Positions 23,556 to 33,847 are shown, numbered from the stretch's first letter. The stretch: 64,000 bases of DNA from Myxococcota bacterium (GCA_041687695.1 JAWLBL010000002.1:198761-262760), one strand, 5' to 3'. Notes: generated by a model not told the origin, from the sequence alone. Made by a program: numbers and translations.

Positions 23556-24535
23556 GGCACCACCACCGCCTTCAGGAAGCCGTCGGGACGTTCGGCCGTC
23601 GCGCGCAGCGCCTCGTCGAGCCGCTCGAGCGGGTAGACGTGGGTGCACAGCTCGGTCGGCTCCAGCACCCCGAGCGCCACCGCGTCCACGGCCGCCCGGA
23701 TGCCCTGCAGGTAGACCTTCGGGTCGCGCTCGTGGGCGTTGACCACGTCCAGGCCCTTCCAGTTCCACATCTGCATGTTGACCTGGCGCGGCCCGTCCTG
23801 GTGGTAACCGGCGACCACCAGCGTCCCGCGCTCGCCCGTGATCTCGGCCGCGAGATCCAGCGGCCACTGCTTGCCGGCCGCCTCGATGACCCGCTCGCAC
23901 AGCCGCCCGTCGGTCAGGCGCTTCACCTCGTCGACGACCCGCCAGTGGTCGTCCATGGCGATCGTCTCGGCCGCCCCCATCCGGCGCGCCACCTCGCGCG
24001 CGTACGGCCGCCGCGAGATCCCGAGGACCCGCGCCCCCGCCCGCGTCGCCAGGCGCGTCAGGATCGCGCCCAGAAACCCCACGCCCACCACGGCGACCGT
24101 CTGCCCGGCCTCGATGCGGCTGCGCCGGAAGATGTTCAGCGCGCAGCCGAAGGCCTCGCCCGGGAAGGGCTTGTCGTGCAGCGGCGGCGGCAGGGGCACC
24201 AGGTGCGCGGCCTCCGCCACGTCGTACTCGGCGTAGCCCTTGTACGACAGGGCGGCGACCCGCTGTCCCACCTCCACCCCGTCGACCCCTTCGCCCAGCG
24301 CGTCCACGACGCCCCAGGTCTCGTGGCCGCCCTCTCCGGCGCCCATCGGGTAGGTCATCCAGGGCAGCCCCTCCCAGGGCCCCAGGTTGGACGCACAGAC
24401 CCCGCTGCCCTCGAGGCGCAGACGCACCTGCCCGGGCCCCGGCTCGGGGATGTCCACGCGGTCGATCGCGATCTGCCCGGGCGCAGCGATCGTCACCGCA
24501 CGCATGCTCTTGGTGTTCGGCATGCGCAGGACCAT
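23552..24535 (-). CDS. Zinc-binding (MDR) dehydrogenase
   Basis: GVCASN, GHE, VVGVGFLG; the start may instead be 24523 or 24505. Confidence 0.88.
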   Translation of the reverse strand: MVLRMPNTKSMRAVTIAAPGQIAIDRVDIPEPGPGQVRLRLEGSGVCASNLGPWEGLPWMTYPMGAGEGGHETWGVVDALGEGVDGVEVGQRVAALSYKGYAEYDVAEAAHLVPLPPPLHDKPFPGEAFGCALNIFRRSRIEAGQTVAVVGVGFLGAILTRLATRAGARVLGISRRPYAREVARRMGAAETIAMDDHWRVVDEVKRLTDGRLCERVIEAAGKQWPLDLAAEITGERGTLVVAGYHQDGPRQVNMQMWNWKGLDVVNAHERDPKVYLQGIRAAVDAVALGVLEPTELCTHVYPLERLDEALRATAERPDGFLKAVVVP

Positions 24536-24978
24536 CGCGCCGCCCTCCGCGGGCGGTCAAGGCGCGGGTCGCAGCCGCCCTGCGCTGCAGTCCGATCGGC
24601 CAGCGTCGGCGCCGCGGATCGAGGCTTTCCACACACTCATTCACACCCCAAAGTTGACCCTCCACGGCCGCGGCCGCTTAGATGAAGCTGCTCGAAATCA
24701 CCCCCCTGGCTGCAGCCCGCAACCTCGCGACGACCAAGCCGACCCCAGATCGCGGATCCCGGCGACGCCTACGCCGTCAATCGCGCGCCACCTCAGCGCC
24801 TCCGAAGGCAGGCCGGCCGCCACCCCCGCTTCCGCGCTGCCCCGCGCGCGCCCCCCTCCCGGGCCCCCCCGGCCTCCCTGCTCTCCGCGCGCCCGACCCT
24901 TCGCCGCTCCGCCCGCGCCGTCGCGCGATGCTGCGCTGCACCATGACGCCCCCGAGCGAGATCTCAGAGGACCTCCCC

Positions 24979-26115
24979 ATGGGAATGGCAAAGACCGTGC
25001 TCATCACCGGCGGCGCCGGCTTCATCGGCTCGCATGTGGCCGACGAGCTGCTCGCGGCCGGGCACCACGTCCGCGCGCTCGACAACCTGTCGCCCCAGGT
25101 GCACGGCGAGGGCGCCGGCCGCCCCGCCCACCTCGACGCCCGCGTCGATCTCCGGATCGGCGACGTGCGCGACCCCGAGGCCGTCGCCGCCGCCCTAGAC
25201 GGCGTCGACGCCGTCTACCACCTCGCGGCCGCGGTGGGCGTGGGCCAGAGCATGTACGAGATGGCCGAGTACACCTCGGTCAACAACCTCGGCACGGCCG
25301 TGCTGCTCGAGCAGCTGGTCGCGGCGCACGCCCGGCGCCCCTTCGAGCGCCTGGTGGTCGCCTCGAGCATGAGCGTCTACGGCGAAGGCCGCTACCTCGG
25401 CGCCTCGGGCGCGCCCCACGACGACGTCGAGCGCACCCTCTCGCAGCTCAAGGAGGGGCAGTGGGAGCCGCGCGACGCCTCGGGCCGCGCGCTCGAGCCG
25501 GTCGCGACGCCCGAGGGCAAGGCCGTCAGCCTCAGCTCCATCTATGCCCTGTCCAAATACGATCAAGAGCGCATGTGCCTCATCGCCGGCCGCGCCTATC
25601 GCATCCCGACCACGGCCCTGCGCTTCTTCAACGTCTACGGGCCGCGCCAGGCGCTGTCGAATCCCTACACCGGCGTGCTCGCGATCTTCGCCTCGCGCCT
25701 GATGAACGGCAAGCCCCCGCTCATCTTCGAGGACGGCCAGCAGCGCCGCGACTTCGTCAGCGTCCACGACGTCGCCCGCGCCTGCCGCCTCGCCCTCGAC
25801 GCGCCGCGCGCCCCCGGCGAGGTGCTCAACGTCGGCGCCGGCCGCCCCTACACGGTCCTGCAGATCGCGGCCGAGCTGGCCCGCGTCACCGGCCGCCAGG
25901 ACATCGACCCCGAGGTGACCGGCCAGTACCGCATGGGCGACATCCGCCACTGCTTCGCCGACATCACCCGAACCCGCGACGTCCTCGGCTACGAGCCCCG
26001 CGTCTCGCTCGCCGACGGCCTCGCCGAGCTGGCCGCCTGGCTCGAGGGCGAGACCTGCACCGACCACGTCGACGCCGCCCGCGACGAGCTCGCGCGCCGC
26101 GGCCTGACCCTCTGA
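24979..26115 (+). CDS. NAD-dependent epimerase/dehydratase
   Basis: GAGG RBS; TGGAGFIGSH, YALSK, FNVYGP, RDFV. Confidence 0.92.
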   Translation: MGMAKTVLITGGAGFIGSHVADELLAAGHHVRALDNLSPQVHGEGAGRPAHLDARVDLRIGDVRDPEAVAAALDGVDAVYHLAAAVGVGQSMYEMAEYTSVNNLGTAVLLEQLVAAHARRPFERLVVASSMSVYGEGRYLGASGAPHDDVERTLSQLKEGQWEPRDASGRALEPVATPEGKAVSLSSIYALSKYDQERMCLIAGRAYRIPTTALRFFNVYGPRQALSNPYTGVLAIFASRLMNGKPPLIFEDGQQRRDFVSVHDVARACRLALDAPRAPGEVLNVGAGRPYTVLQIAAELARVTGRQDIDPEVTGQYRMGDIRHCFADITRTRDVLGYEPRVSLADGLAELAAWLEGETCTDHVDAARDELARRGLTL

Positions 26116-26140
26116 TCGGGCCCCCCTCAGGAGACGCTCC

Positions 26141-27289
26141 ATGCACCAGGACTCCTCGCGCGCGGCGCCCACGACGCAGGGCTTCGGCGCCCCCTACGCG
26201 CTGGTCACCGGCGGGGCCGGCTTCATCGGCAGCAACGTCGCCGACCGCCTCGCCCGGCAGGGCCACCGGGTGCTGCTGCTCGACAACCTCTCGCGCCCCT
26301 CGGTCGAGCGCAACGTCGCCTGGCTGCGCGAGCGCCACGGCGAGCGCGTCCGCGTCGAGGTCGGCGACGTCCGCGACGCCGAGCTGATGCGCGCCCTGGT
26401 CCGCGGCGCCGACCAGGTCTTCCACTTCGCCGCCCAGGTCGCCGTCACCACCAGCCTCCACGACCCGATGCACGACTTCCTGGTCAACGCCGCCGGGACC
26501 GTCACCCTGCTCGAGGCCCTGCGCGCCCTGCCCAAGCCGCCTCCCCTGGTCTTCAGCTCGACCAACAAGGTCTACGGCGCCCTGCCCGACGTCGACGTCG
26601 CGCTGCAGGGCCGCCGCTGGGAGCCGCGCCGGGTCGATCTGAGGGCGGAGGGCCTGCCCGAGACCCGCCCGCTGGACTTCCACAGCCCCTACGGCTGCTC
26701 CAAGGGCGCCGCCGACCAGTACGTCGTCGACTACGCGCGCACCTTCGGCCTGCCGGCCTGCGTCTTCCGCATGAGCTGCATCTACGGCCCGCGCCAGTTC
26801 GGCAACGAGGACCAGGGCTGGGTGGCCCACTTCCTCATCCGCGCCCTCGACGGCGAGCCCATCACCATCTACGGCGACGGCCGGCAGGTGCGCGACGTCC
26901 TGTTCGTCGACGATCTGGTCGACGCCTACCTCACCGCGCGCGACCACCTGCAGCGCCCCGAGCGCTCCGGCGCCCACCTGCGCGGGCGCGCCTTCAACAT
27001 CGGCGGCGGCCCCACCAACACCCTCAGCCTGACGGAGCTGGTCGAGCACATCGAGCGCCTGCACGGCCGCGCCCCGATGCTGCGCTTCGACGCCTGGCGC
27101 CCGGGCGACCAGCGCTGGTACGTCTCGGACCCGCGCGGCTTCGGGCAGGTGACCGGCTGGCGCCCGCGCACCAGCGTGGCCGAAGGGCTGACGCGCCTTT
27201 ACGACTGGCTCGCCGACGGGCACGCGGCCCGGACCGCCGCGCCGCCGGTGAAGGCCACCGGCACGACCGACCGCCCCAGCGCGCTCTGA
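26141..27289 (+). CDS. NAD-dependent epimerase (CDP-paratose 2-epimerase-like)
   Basis: TGGAGFIGSN, AAQVAVTTS, STNKVYG, YGCSK, RMSCIYG...EDQGWV. Confidence 0.9.
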   Translation: MHQDSSRAAPTTQGFGAPYALVTGGAGFIGSNVADRLARQGHRVLLLDNLSRPSVERNVAWLRERHGERVRVEVGDVRDAELMRALVRGADQVFHFAAQVAVTTSLHDPMHDFLVNAAGTVTLLEALRALPKPPPLVFSSTNKVYGALPDVDVALQGRRWEPRRVDLRAEGLPETRPLDFHSPYGCSKGAADQYVVDYARTFGLPACVFRMSCIYGPRQFGNEDQGWVAHFLIRALDGEPITIYGDGRQVRDVLFVDDLVDAYLTARDHLQRPERSGAHLRGRAFNIGGGPTNTLSLTELVEHIERLHGRAPMLRFDAWRPGDQRWYVSDPRGFGQVTGWRPRTSVAEGLTRLYDWLADGHAARTAAPPVKATGTTDRPSAL

Positions 27290-27306
27290 CCCGGCCGAGG
27301 CCCGCC

Positions 27307-28446
27307 ATGACCGACCCCGCGCCCGCGCCGCGGCCGCGCCGCGTGCTGATGACCGCCGACACGGTGGGCGGCGTCTGGACCTATGCCCTGGATCTGGCGC
27401 GGGGCCTCGCCGAGCTGAACGTCCAGACCGCGCTGGCCACCATGGGCGCCCCGCTGTCCCCCGGCCAGTGGGAGGCCGCGCGCGCCGTTCCCGGGCTGCA
27501 GATCCACGAGAGCCGCTTCGCGCTCGAGTGGATGGACGATCCCTGGGACGACGTGGCCGCCGCCGGGCCCTGGCTGCTGGCGCTGGCCCGCGAGCTGCGC
27601 CCCGACGTGGTGCACCTCAACGGCTACGCCCACGGCGCCCTCGCCTGGCCGGCCCCCACCGTGATGGTCGGGCACTCGTGCGTGGCCTCCTGGTGGCGCG
27701 CGGTGCTGGGCGAGGACGCGCCGCCCCGCTACGACCGCTACCGCGCCGAGGTGCGGCGGGGGCTGCAGGCGGCCGACCGGGTGGTCTCGGTCAGCCGGGC
27801 CATGCTCGACGCGCTGGCGCTCCACTACGGCCCGCTGCCCCGCGCCCAGGCCATCCACAACGGCCTGTTCCACCAGGGCTTGCAGCCGGCCCCCGTCCGC
27901 GAGCCCTTCGTCCTGGCGGCCGGCCGCCTGTGGGACCCCGCCAAGAACCTGGCCGCCCTCACGCAGGCCGCCCAGGGCCTGTCCTGGCCCGTGCGCGTCG
28001 CCGGCGACCCCCGCGGCCCCGACGGCCGCCTCGCGCCCGCCCCCGACGTCGAGCTGCTGGGCCCGCTCGACCACGCCGTCCTCCGCGGCCTCATGGCCAA
28101 GGCAGCCCTCTTCGCCCACCCGGCTCGCTACGAGCCCTTCGGCCTGGCCCCGCTCGAGGCCGCCGCCAGCGGCTGCGCCCTGGTGCTGGGCGACATCCCG
28201 TCCCTGCGAGAGGTCTGGGGCGACGCCGCCGTCTTCGTCCCGCCCGGCGATCCCGCCGCCCTCGCCGCCGCCCTCGAGGCGCTGATCGCCGACCCACCCC
28301 GCAGGCAGGCCCTGGCCGCCGCCGCCGGCGCCCGCGCGCGCCGCTACGACGCCCGGAACGTGGCGGCCGCCTACGCCGCCTTGTATGCCGAAGTCATCGC
28401 CCGACCTCCCCCGCAGGCGCCCACCCGCGCCCGCGCCTCCTCCTGA
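27307..28446 (+). CDS. Glycosyltransferase family 4
   Basis: DTVGGVWTY, GRLWDPAKN, YEPFGLAPLEAA. Confidence 0.9.
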   Translation: MTDPAPAPRPRRVLMTADTVGGVWTYALDLARGLAELNVQTALATMGAPLSPGQWEAARAVPGLQIHESRFALEWMDDPWDDVAAAGPWLLALARELRPDVVHLNGYAHGALAWPAPTVMVGHSCVASWWRAVLGEDAPPRYDRYRAEVRRGLQAADRVVSVSRAMLDALALHYGPLPRAQAIHNGLFHQGLQPAPVREPFVLAAGRLWDPAKNLAALTQAAQGLSWPVRVAGDPRGPDGRLAPAPDVELLGPLDHAVLRGLMAKAALFAHPARYEPFGLAPLEAAASGCALVLGDIPSLREVWGDAAVFVPPGDPAALAAALEALIADPPRRQALAAAAGARARRYDARNVAAAYAALYAEVIARPPPQAPTRARASS

Positions 28447-28492
28447 GCCGACCGCCACGGTCCCACGCCGCCCCCGTCGCTGGAGCCCCGCC

Positions 28493-29659
28493 TTGAAGGT
28501 CGTCCTCTTCTGCCACTCGCTGTCGTCCGACTGGAACCACGGCAACGCGCACTTCCTGCGCGGCGTCGTCACCGAGCTGACCCTCCGCGGCCACGACGTC
28601 CACAGCTACGAGCCGCGCGACGCCTGGAGCGTGCAGAACCTGCTCGCCGAGCACGGCGAGCTCGCGGCCCGCGCCGTCGAGGCCGCCTACCCGGACCTGC
28701 CCATCCACCGCTACGACCTGCCCGACCTGCTGGGCGGCGACGGCCTCGACCGCGCCCTCGACGACGCCGATCTGGTGCTGGTCCACGAGTGGAACGACCC
28801 CGCCCTGGTCGCCGCGATCGGCCGCCACCGCGCCCGCCACGGCGGCTTCCGCGTGCTCTTCCACGACACGCACCACCGCTCGGTCACCCAGCCCGAGGCG
28901 ATGGCGCGCTACGACCTGTCCGCCTACGACGGCGTGCTCGCGTTCGGCGAAGCCGTCCGCCAGGTCTACCTGCAGGCCGGCTGGTCCCGCCGGGTCTGGA
29001 CCTGGCACGAGGCCGCCGACACGCGCGTCTTCAAGCCCTTGCGGCCGGTCGGCGCCCTCGACGCCGCCCTCGAGGGCGACCTCGTCTGGGTCGGCAACTG
29101 GGGCGACGACGAGCGCACGGCCGAGCTGCACGCCTTCCTGCTCGACCCCGTCCGCGCCCTGGGCCTGGTCGGCACCGTCCACGGCGTGCGCTACCCCGCG
29201 CACGGCATCGCCGCCCTGGGCGAGGCGGGCCTGTCCTTCGCCGGCTGGCTGCCCAACTTCGAGGTGCCGCGGGTCTTCGCCCGCCACCGCATGACCGTGC
29301 ACGTCCCGCGGCGCCCCTACGCGACCGCGCTGCCCGGCGTCCCGACCATCCGCGTCTTCGAGGCGCTGGCCTGCGGCATCCCGCTGTTGTGCGCGCCCTG
29401 GGACGACGCCGAGGGCCTGTTCCGGCCGGGCACCGACTACCTGGTCGCCCGCGACGGCGCCGAGATGACGCGGCACATGCGCGCGGTGGCGACCGACCCC
29501 GAGCTGGCGCGCGAGCTGGGCGAGCAAGGCCGCCAGACGGTGCTCGCCCGCCACACCTGCGCCCACCGCGTCGACGAGCTGATGAGCATCTGCCAGGAGC
29601 TCGACGTGACGACCCAGGCCCAGCTCCCCCCGTCCGCCCGCAGCGAGGTGGCCCGATGA
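28493..29659 (+). CDS. CgeB-family glycosyltransferase
   Basis: TTG start after GGAG; SDWNHGNAHFLRG, TIRVFEALACG, HTCAHRV. Confidence 0.85.
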   Translation: MKVVLFCHSLSSDWNHGNAHFLRGVVTELTLRGHDVHSYEPRDAWSVQNLLAEHGELAARAVEAAYPDLPIHRYDLPDLLGGDGLDRALDDADLVLVHEWNDPALVAAIGRHRARHGGFRVLFHDTHHRSVTQPEAMARYDLSAYDGVLAFGEAVRQVYLQAGWSRRVWTWHEAADTRVFKPLRPVGALDAALEGDLVWVGNWGDDERTAELHAFLLDPVRALGLVGTVHGVRYPAHGIAALGEAGLSFAGWLPNFEVPRVFARHRMTVHVPRRPYATALPGVPTIRVFEALACGIPLLCAPWDDAEGLFRPGTDYLVARDGAEMTRHMRAVATDPELARELGEQGRQTVLARHTCAHRVDELMSICQELDVTTQAQLPPSARSEVAR

Positions 29660-30768
29660 TGCAACGCGACACGCTGGACATCGCCTTCTTCGGCTCGAGC
29701 CTGGTCTCCGCCTACTGGAACGGGGCCGCGACCTACTACCGCGGCGTCATCCGGGCGCTGGCCGAGCGCGGCCATCGGGTGACCTTCTACGAGCCGGACG
29801 CCTACGACCGGCAAGCGCACCGCGACATCGACGATCCACCCTGGGCGCGCGTGGTGGTCTACCCGGTCGACGGCGAGGACCACGTTCGCCGCTGCCTCGA
29901 CGAGGCGCGCCAGGCCGACCTGGTCGTCAAGGCCAGCGGCGTGGGCGTCTTCGACGCGCTGCTCGAGGAGGCGGTGCTCGATCTGCAGAGCCCGTCGCGC
30001 GCCGTGGTCTTCTGGGACGTCGACGCCCCGGCCACGCTGCAGCGCATCAAGGACGACCCGGCCGACCCCTTCCGCGCGCTCGTGCCGCGCTACGACCTCG
30101 TCTTCACCTACGGCGGCGGCCCGCCCGTCATCGCGGCCTACCAGGGCTTCGGCGCCAAGGCCTGTGTGCCCATCTACAACGCCCACGACCCCGACACCCA
30201 CCACCCGGTCGCCCCCGACCCGCGCTTCGAAGGCACCCTCGGCTTCCTCGGCAACCGCCTGCCCGACCGCGAGGCGCGCGTCGAGCGCTTCTTCCTCGCT
30301 GCGGCGCAGCAGATGCCCGAGGGGCGCTTCGTCCTGGGCGGCAACGGCTGGCACGACAAGCCCATGCCGGACAACGTCCGCGACCTGGGCCACGTCTACA
30401 CCCGCGACCACAACGCCTTCAACTGCACCCTCGGCGCGGTGCTCAACATCAGCCGCGACAGCATGGCCGACATGGGCTTTTCCCCCGCGACGCGGGTCTT
30501 CGAGGCCGCGGGCGCGGCGGCCTGCCTCATCACCGACGCCTGGGAGGGCCTCGAGACCTTCCTAGAGCCCGGCCGCGAGGTGCTGGTCGCCGCCAACGCC
30601 GAGGAGATCGTCGAGCACCTGCGGCGCCTGTCCCCCGAGCAGCGTCGCGCCATCGGCCAGGCCGCCCGCCGGCGCGTGCTGGCCGACCACACCTACACGC
30701 AGCGCGCCCTCGAGGTCGAGGACGTGCTGGGCGTCCGCCGCCCCCGTCGCCGCGAGGTGGCCTCGTGA
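29656..30768 (+). CDS. CgeB-family glycosyltransferase
   Basis: SAYWNGAATYYRG, DVDAPAT, SPATRVFEAAG, HTYTQRA; ATGA overlap. Confidence 0.88.
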   Translation: MMQRDTLDIAFFGSSLVSAYWNGAATYYRGVIRALAERGHRVTFYEPDAYDRQAHRDIDDPPWARVVVYPVDGEDHVRRCLDEARQADLVVKASGVGVFDALLEEAVLDLQSPSRAVVFWDVDAPATLQRIKDDPADPFRALVPRYDLVFTYGGGPPVIAAYQGFGAKACVPIYNAHDPDTHHPVAPDPRFEGTLGFLGNRLPDREARVERFFLAAAQQMPEGRFVLGGNGWHDKPMPDNVRDLGHVYTRDHNAFNCTLGAVLNISRDSMADMGFSPATRVFEAAGAAACLITDAWEGLETFLEPGREVLVAANAEEIVEHLRRLSPEQRRAIGQAARRRVLADHTYTQRALEVEDVLGVRRPRRREVAS

Positions 30769-31877
30769 ACGGCCTGAACGTCTGCTTCGTCGGCCTGACC
30801 GTCAGCTCCTCGTGGGGCAACGGCCACGCCACCACCTACCGGGGCCTGCTGCGCGAGCTGGCCGCGCTTGGCCACCACGTCACCTTCCTCGAGCGCGACG
30901 TCCCCTGGTATGCCCGGCACAGGGACTGCCCCAACCCCGAAGGCTGCGAGCTGCACCTGTACGGCTCGCTCGCCGACCTCGAGCGCCGCTTCGAGGGCCT
31001 GGTGCGCCAGGCCGACCTGGTCGTGGTCGGCTCGTACGTGCCCCAGGGCTGCGAGGTCATCCGCTGGGTGCAGCGCACGGCCACCGGCCCGACCGCCTTC
31101 TACGACATCGACACCCCGGTCACCCTGGCCAAGCTCGACCGCGGCGACGAGGAGTACCTGTCCGTCCCGCTCATCGCGGGCTTCGACGCCTACCTGTCCT
31201 TCACCGGCGGGCCCACCCTGGACCGCCTCGAGCGCGACTACGGCGCCCGGCGCGCCGAGCCCCTGTACTGCTCGGTCGACCCGCGCAAGTACTACCCCGA
31301 GGAGGCGGAGACCCGCTGGGACCTCGGCTACCTGGGCACCTACAGCCCCGACCGCCAGCCGGCCCTCGACCGCCTGCTGGTCCAGGTCGCCGCCCGCCGC
31401 CCCCGCGGCCGCTTCGCGGTCGCCGGCCCCAGCTACCCGGCCGACCTCGCCTGGCCCGACAACGTCACCCGCACCGACCACGTCGCCCCGGGCGAGCACC
31501 GCGCCTTCTACCGCGCGCAGCGCTTCACCCTCAACGTCACCCGCGCCGACATGGTGCGCGCCGGCTGGTCGCCCAGCGTGCGCCTGTTCGAGGCCGCCGC
31601 CTGCGGCGTGCCCATCGTCAGCGACGTCTGGCCGGGCATCGAGGACTTCTTCACGCCCGGCCAGGAGATCCTGCTGGCGCGCACCACCGCCGACGCCGAG
31701 CGGTTCGTCTTCGAGCTGCCCGAGGCCGAGCGCCGCGCCGTCGCCGAGCGCGCCCGGGCCCGCGTCCTGACGCACCACACGGCGGCGGCCCGCGCCCGCG
31801 AGCTCGAGGCCATCGCCCTCGATCTGCTCGGCGGCGCCCGCGCGGCCGCGCAGCCCCGCTCCGCGGTGAGCCGATGA
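30765..31877 (+). CDS. CgeB-family glycosyltransferase
   Basis: SSWGNGHATTYRG, DIDTPVT, SPSVRLFEAAACG, HTAAARA; GTGA overlap. Confidence 0.88.
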   Translation: MNGLNVCFVGLTVSSSWGNGHATTYRGLLRELAALGHHVTFLERDVPWYARHRDCPNPEGCELHLYGSLADLERRFEGLVRQADLVVVGSYVPQGCEVIRWVQRTATGPTAFYDIDTPVTLAKLDRGDEEYLSVPLIAGFDAYLSFTGGPTLDRLERDYGARRAEPLYCSVDPRKYYPEEAETRWDLGYLGTYSPDRQPALDRLLVQVAARRPRGRFAVAGPSYPADLAWPDNVTRTDHVAPGEHRAFYRAQRFTLNVTRADMVRAGWSPSVRLFEAAACGVPIVSDVWPGIEDFFTPGQEILLARTTADAERFVFELPEAERRAVAERARARVLTHHTAAARARELEAIALDLLGGARAAAQPRSAVSR

Positions 31878-32677
31878 CCCACTCCCACCCGCACCCGCCG
31901 CCCCCGCCGCGCTCGCTGGCCGCCGAGGCCGCCCGCCTCGGCCCCTGGTTCCACAACCTGCACCTGCCCGACGGCACCCAGACCCGCCCCGACTCTCCCC
32001 TGGGCGACTTCCCGGCCAACATGTGGCGGCACATCGCCGGGCACATCCCGCAGGATCTGACCGGCTGGACGGCCCTCGACATCGGCTGCAACTCGGGCTT
32101 CTACAGCTTCGATCTGGCCCGCCGCGGCGCCCGCGTCACCGCCATCGACATCGACGACACCTACCTGGCGCAGGCCCGCTGGGCGGCGCGCCAGTTCGGG
32201 CTCGAGGGCCGCGTCACCTTCCGCGAGCAGCAGGTCTACGACCTCGCCCACAGCGACCAGCAGTGGGACCTGGTCCTGTTCATGGGCGTCTTCTACCACC
32301 TGCGCTACCCGCAGCTGGCCCTCGACGCCGTCGCGCGCTGCGTGCGCCGGCTGATGGTCTTCCAGAGCCTCAGCATGCCCGGCGAGGACGTCGCCGAGGT
32401 GCCCGAAGACGGCGATCTGTTCGACCGCGACGCGATGCTGGACCCCGGCTGGCCGAAGCTGGCCTTCATCGAGCGGCAGCTGGCGGGCGACCGCACCAAC
32501 TGGTGGGCGCCCAACCACGCGGCCTGCCTGGCGCTGCTGCGCTCGGCGGGGCTGCGGGTCGTCGGCCACCCGGCCACCGAGACCTACCTGTGCCAGCCGG
32601 ACCCGGACGGCCCCAGCAGCATGTGGGGCTGGGACGCGGCCGAGTTCGAGATCGCGTCGGGGCGCCGGCGCGGATGA
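31874..32677 (+). CDS. SAM-dependent methyltransferase (TIGR04290/Rta_06860-like)
   Basis: LGPWFHNLHL, LDIGCNSG, MGVFYHLRYP, TNWWAPN; located in a CgeB cassette. Confidence 0.82.
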   Translation: MTHSHPHPPPPPRSLAAEAARLGPWFHNLHLPDGTQTRPDSPLGDFPANMWRHIAGHIPQDLTGWTALDIGCNSGFYSFDLARRGARVTAIDIDDTYLAQARWAARQFGLEGRVTFREQQVYDLAHSDQQWDLVLFMGVFYHLRYPQLALDAVARCVRRLMVFQSLSMPGEDVAEVPEDGDLFDRDAMLDPGWPKLAFIERQLAGDRTNWWAPNHAACLALLRSAGLRVVGHPATETYLCQPDPDGPSSMWGWDAAEFEIASGRRRG

Positions 32678-32692
32678 AAAGGAGCGGCTAGC

Positions 32693-33646
32693 ATGAGCGG
32701 CATGACCATCCTCGTCACCGGCGGCGCCGGCTTTCTGGGCTCGAACCTGTGCCGCCGCCTCGTCGCCGAGGGGCACCGGGTCGTCGCCCTCGACAACTTC
32801 CAGACGGGGCAGGGCGGCAACCTCGACGACCTGCGCGGCCACGCCCGCTTCGAACTGCTCGAGGCCGACGTCGCCGAGCCCTTCGATCACAAGGTCCCAG
32901 CCGCGCTCGACCGCGTCTACCACCTGGCCTGCCCGGCCAGCCCGCCGCACTACCAGCGCGACCCGGTCCGCACCATGATGACCAACGTGCTGGGGACCTT
33001 GAACGCCCTCGAGCTGACCCGCCAGCGCGGCGCGCGCCTGCTGCTGGCCTCCACCAGCGAGGTCTACGGCGACCCCGAGGTGCACCCGCAGCCCGAGGAC
33101 TACCGTGGCAACGTCTCGCCCAACGGCCCGCGCGCCTGCTACGACGAGGGCAAACGCGCCGCCGAGGCGCTGGCGATGGACTACCACCGCACGCGCCAGA
33201 CCGACATCCGCATCGCCCGCATCTTCAACACCTACGGGCCGGGCATGGCCCCCGACGACGGGCGCGTCATCTCCAACTTCATCACCCAGGCCCTGCGCGG
33301 CGAGGCCCTCACCATCTACGGCGACGGCTCGCAGACCCGCAGCCTGTGTTACGTCGACGACCTCGTCGACGGCCTGGTCCGCCTGATGGAGCAGGACCGC
33401 ACCCTGGGCCCCGTCAACCTGGGCAACCCCGGCGAGGTCACCGTCCGCGACATCGCCCAGACCATCCTCGAGGTCGTCGGCCGCGGCTCCCTGACCACCC
33501 GCCCGCTGCCCACCGACGACCCGCGCCGCCGCTGCCCCGACATCACCCGCGCCCGCGCGCTGCTCGGCTTCGAGCCCAGGACCTCCTTCCGCGACGGCCT
33601 GCCTCCCACCATCGCCTGGTTCGAGCGCGCCCTCTCCCAGCGCTGA
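32693..33646 (+). CDS. UDP-glucuronic acid decarboxylase (UXS-like)
   Basis: TGGAGFLGS, HLACPASP, STSEVYGDP, CYDEGKR, RIFNTYGP, DDPRRRCPDI. Confidence 0.92.
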   Translation: MSGMTILVTGGAGFLGSNLCRRLVAEGHRVVALDNFQTGQGGNLDDLRGHARFELLEADVAEPFDHKVPAALDRVYHLACPASPPHYQRDPVRTMMTNVLGTLNALELTRQRGARLLLASTSEVYGDPEVHPQPEDYRGNVSPNGPRACYDEGKRAAEALAMDYHRTRQTDIRIARIFNTYGPGMAPDDGRVISNFITQALRGEALTIYGDGSQTRSLCYVDDLVDGLVRLMEQDRTLGPVNLGNPGEVTVRDIAQTILEVVGRGSLTTRPLPTDDPRRRCPDITRARALLGFEPRTSFRDGLPPTIAWFERALSQR

Positions 33647-33703
33647 CGCGCCCCGCGGGGTGTCAACCTACTAACCATCCCGCGACCCCCACGTCGGAGG
33701 GGG

Positions 33704-33773
33704 AAAGGGGTCAGGTCTAATCATTTGTCATTTTCCGGCACGGAAATGACAAATGATTAGACCTGACCCCTTT
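33704..33773. repeat. Near-perfect 33-bp inverted repeat (AT-rich), REP/MITE-like, followed by a pyrimidine tract
   Basis: AAAGGGGTCAGGTCTAATCATTTGTCATTTTCCG-GCA-CGGAAATGACAAATGATTAGACCTGACCCCTTT, with one bulged T. Confidence 0.9.
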
Positions 33774-33794
33774 TCTTTCTTTTCCTTCCTTCTT

Positions 33795-33810
33795 TGGCCC
33801 GCCTCTTGCT
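33795..33810 (+). promoter_or_regulatory. Sigma54 (-24/-12) promoter
   Basis: TGGCCCGCCTCTTGCT, one mismatch to TGGCACG-N4-TTGCW, 38 bp before ATG 33848. Confidence 0.7.
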
Positions 33811-33847
33811 TTGCCCTCCTCCCGGACCCCATCGGGAGAGAGGGCAC

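Noticed and set aside
24682..24978. 99-aa N-terminal extension of the first epimerase in the ORF track
   Set aside because: Pro/Arg-rich, atypical codons; an RBS and family homology support a start at 24979/24985
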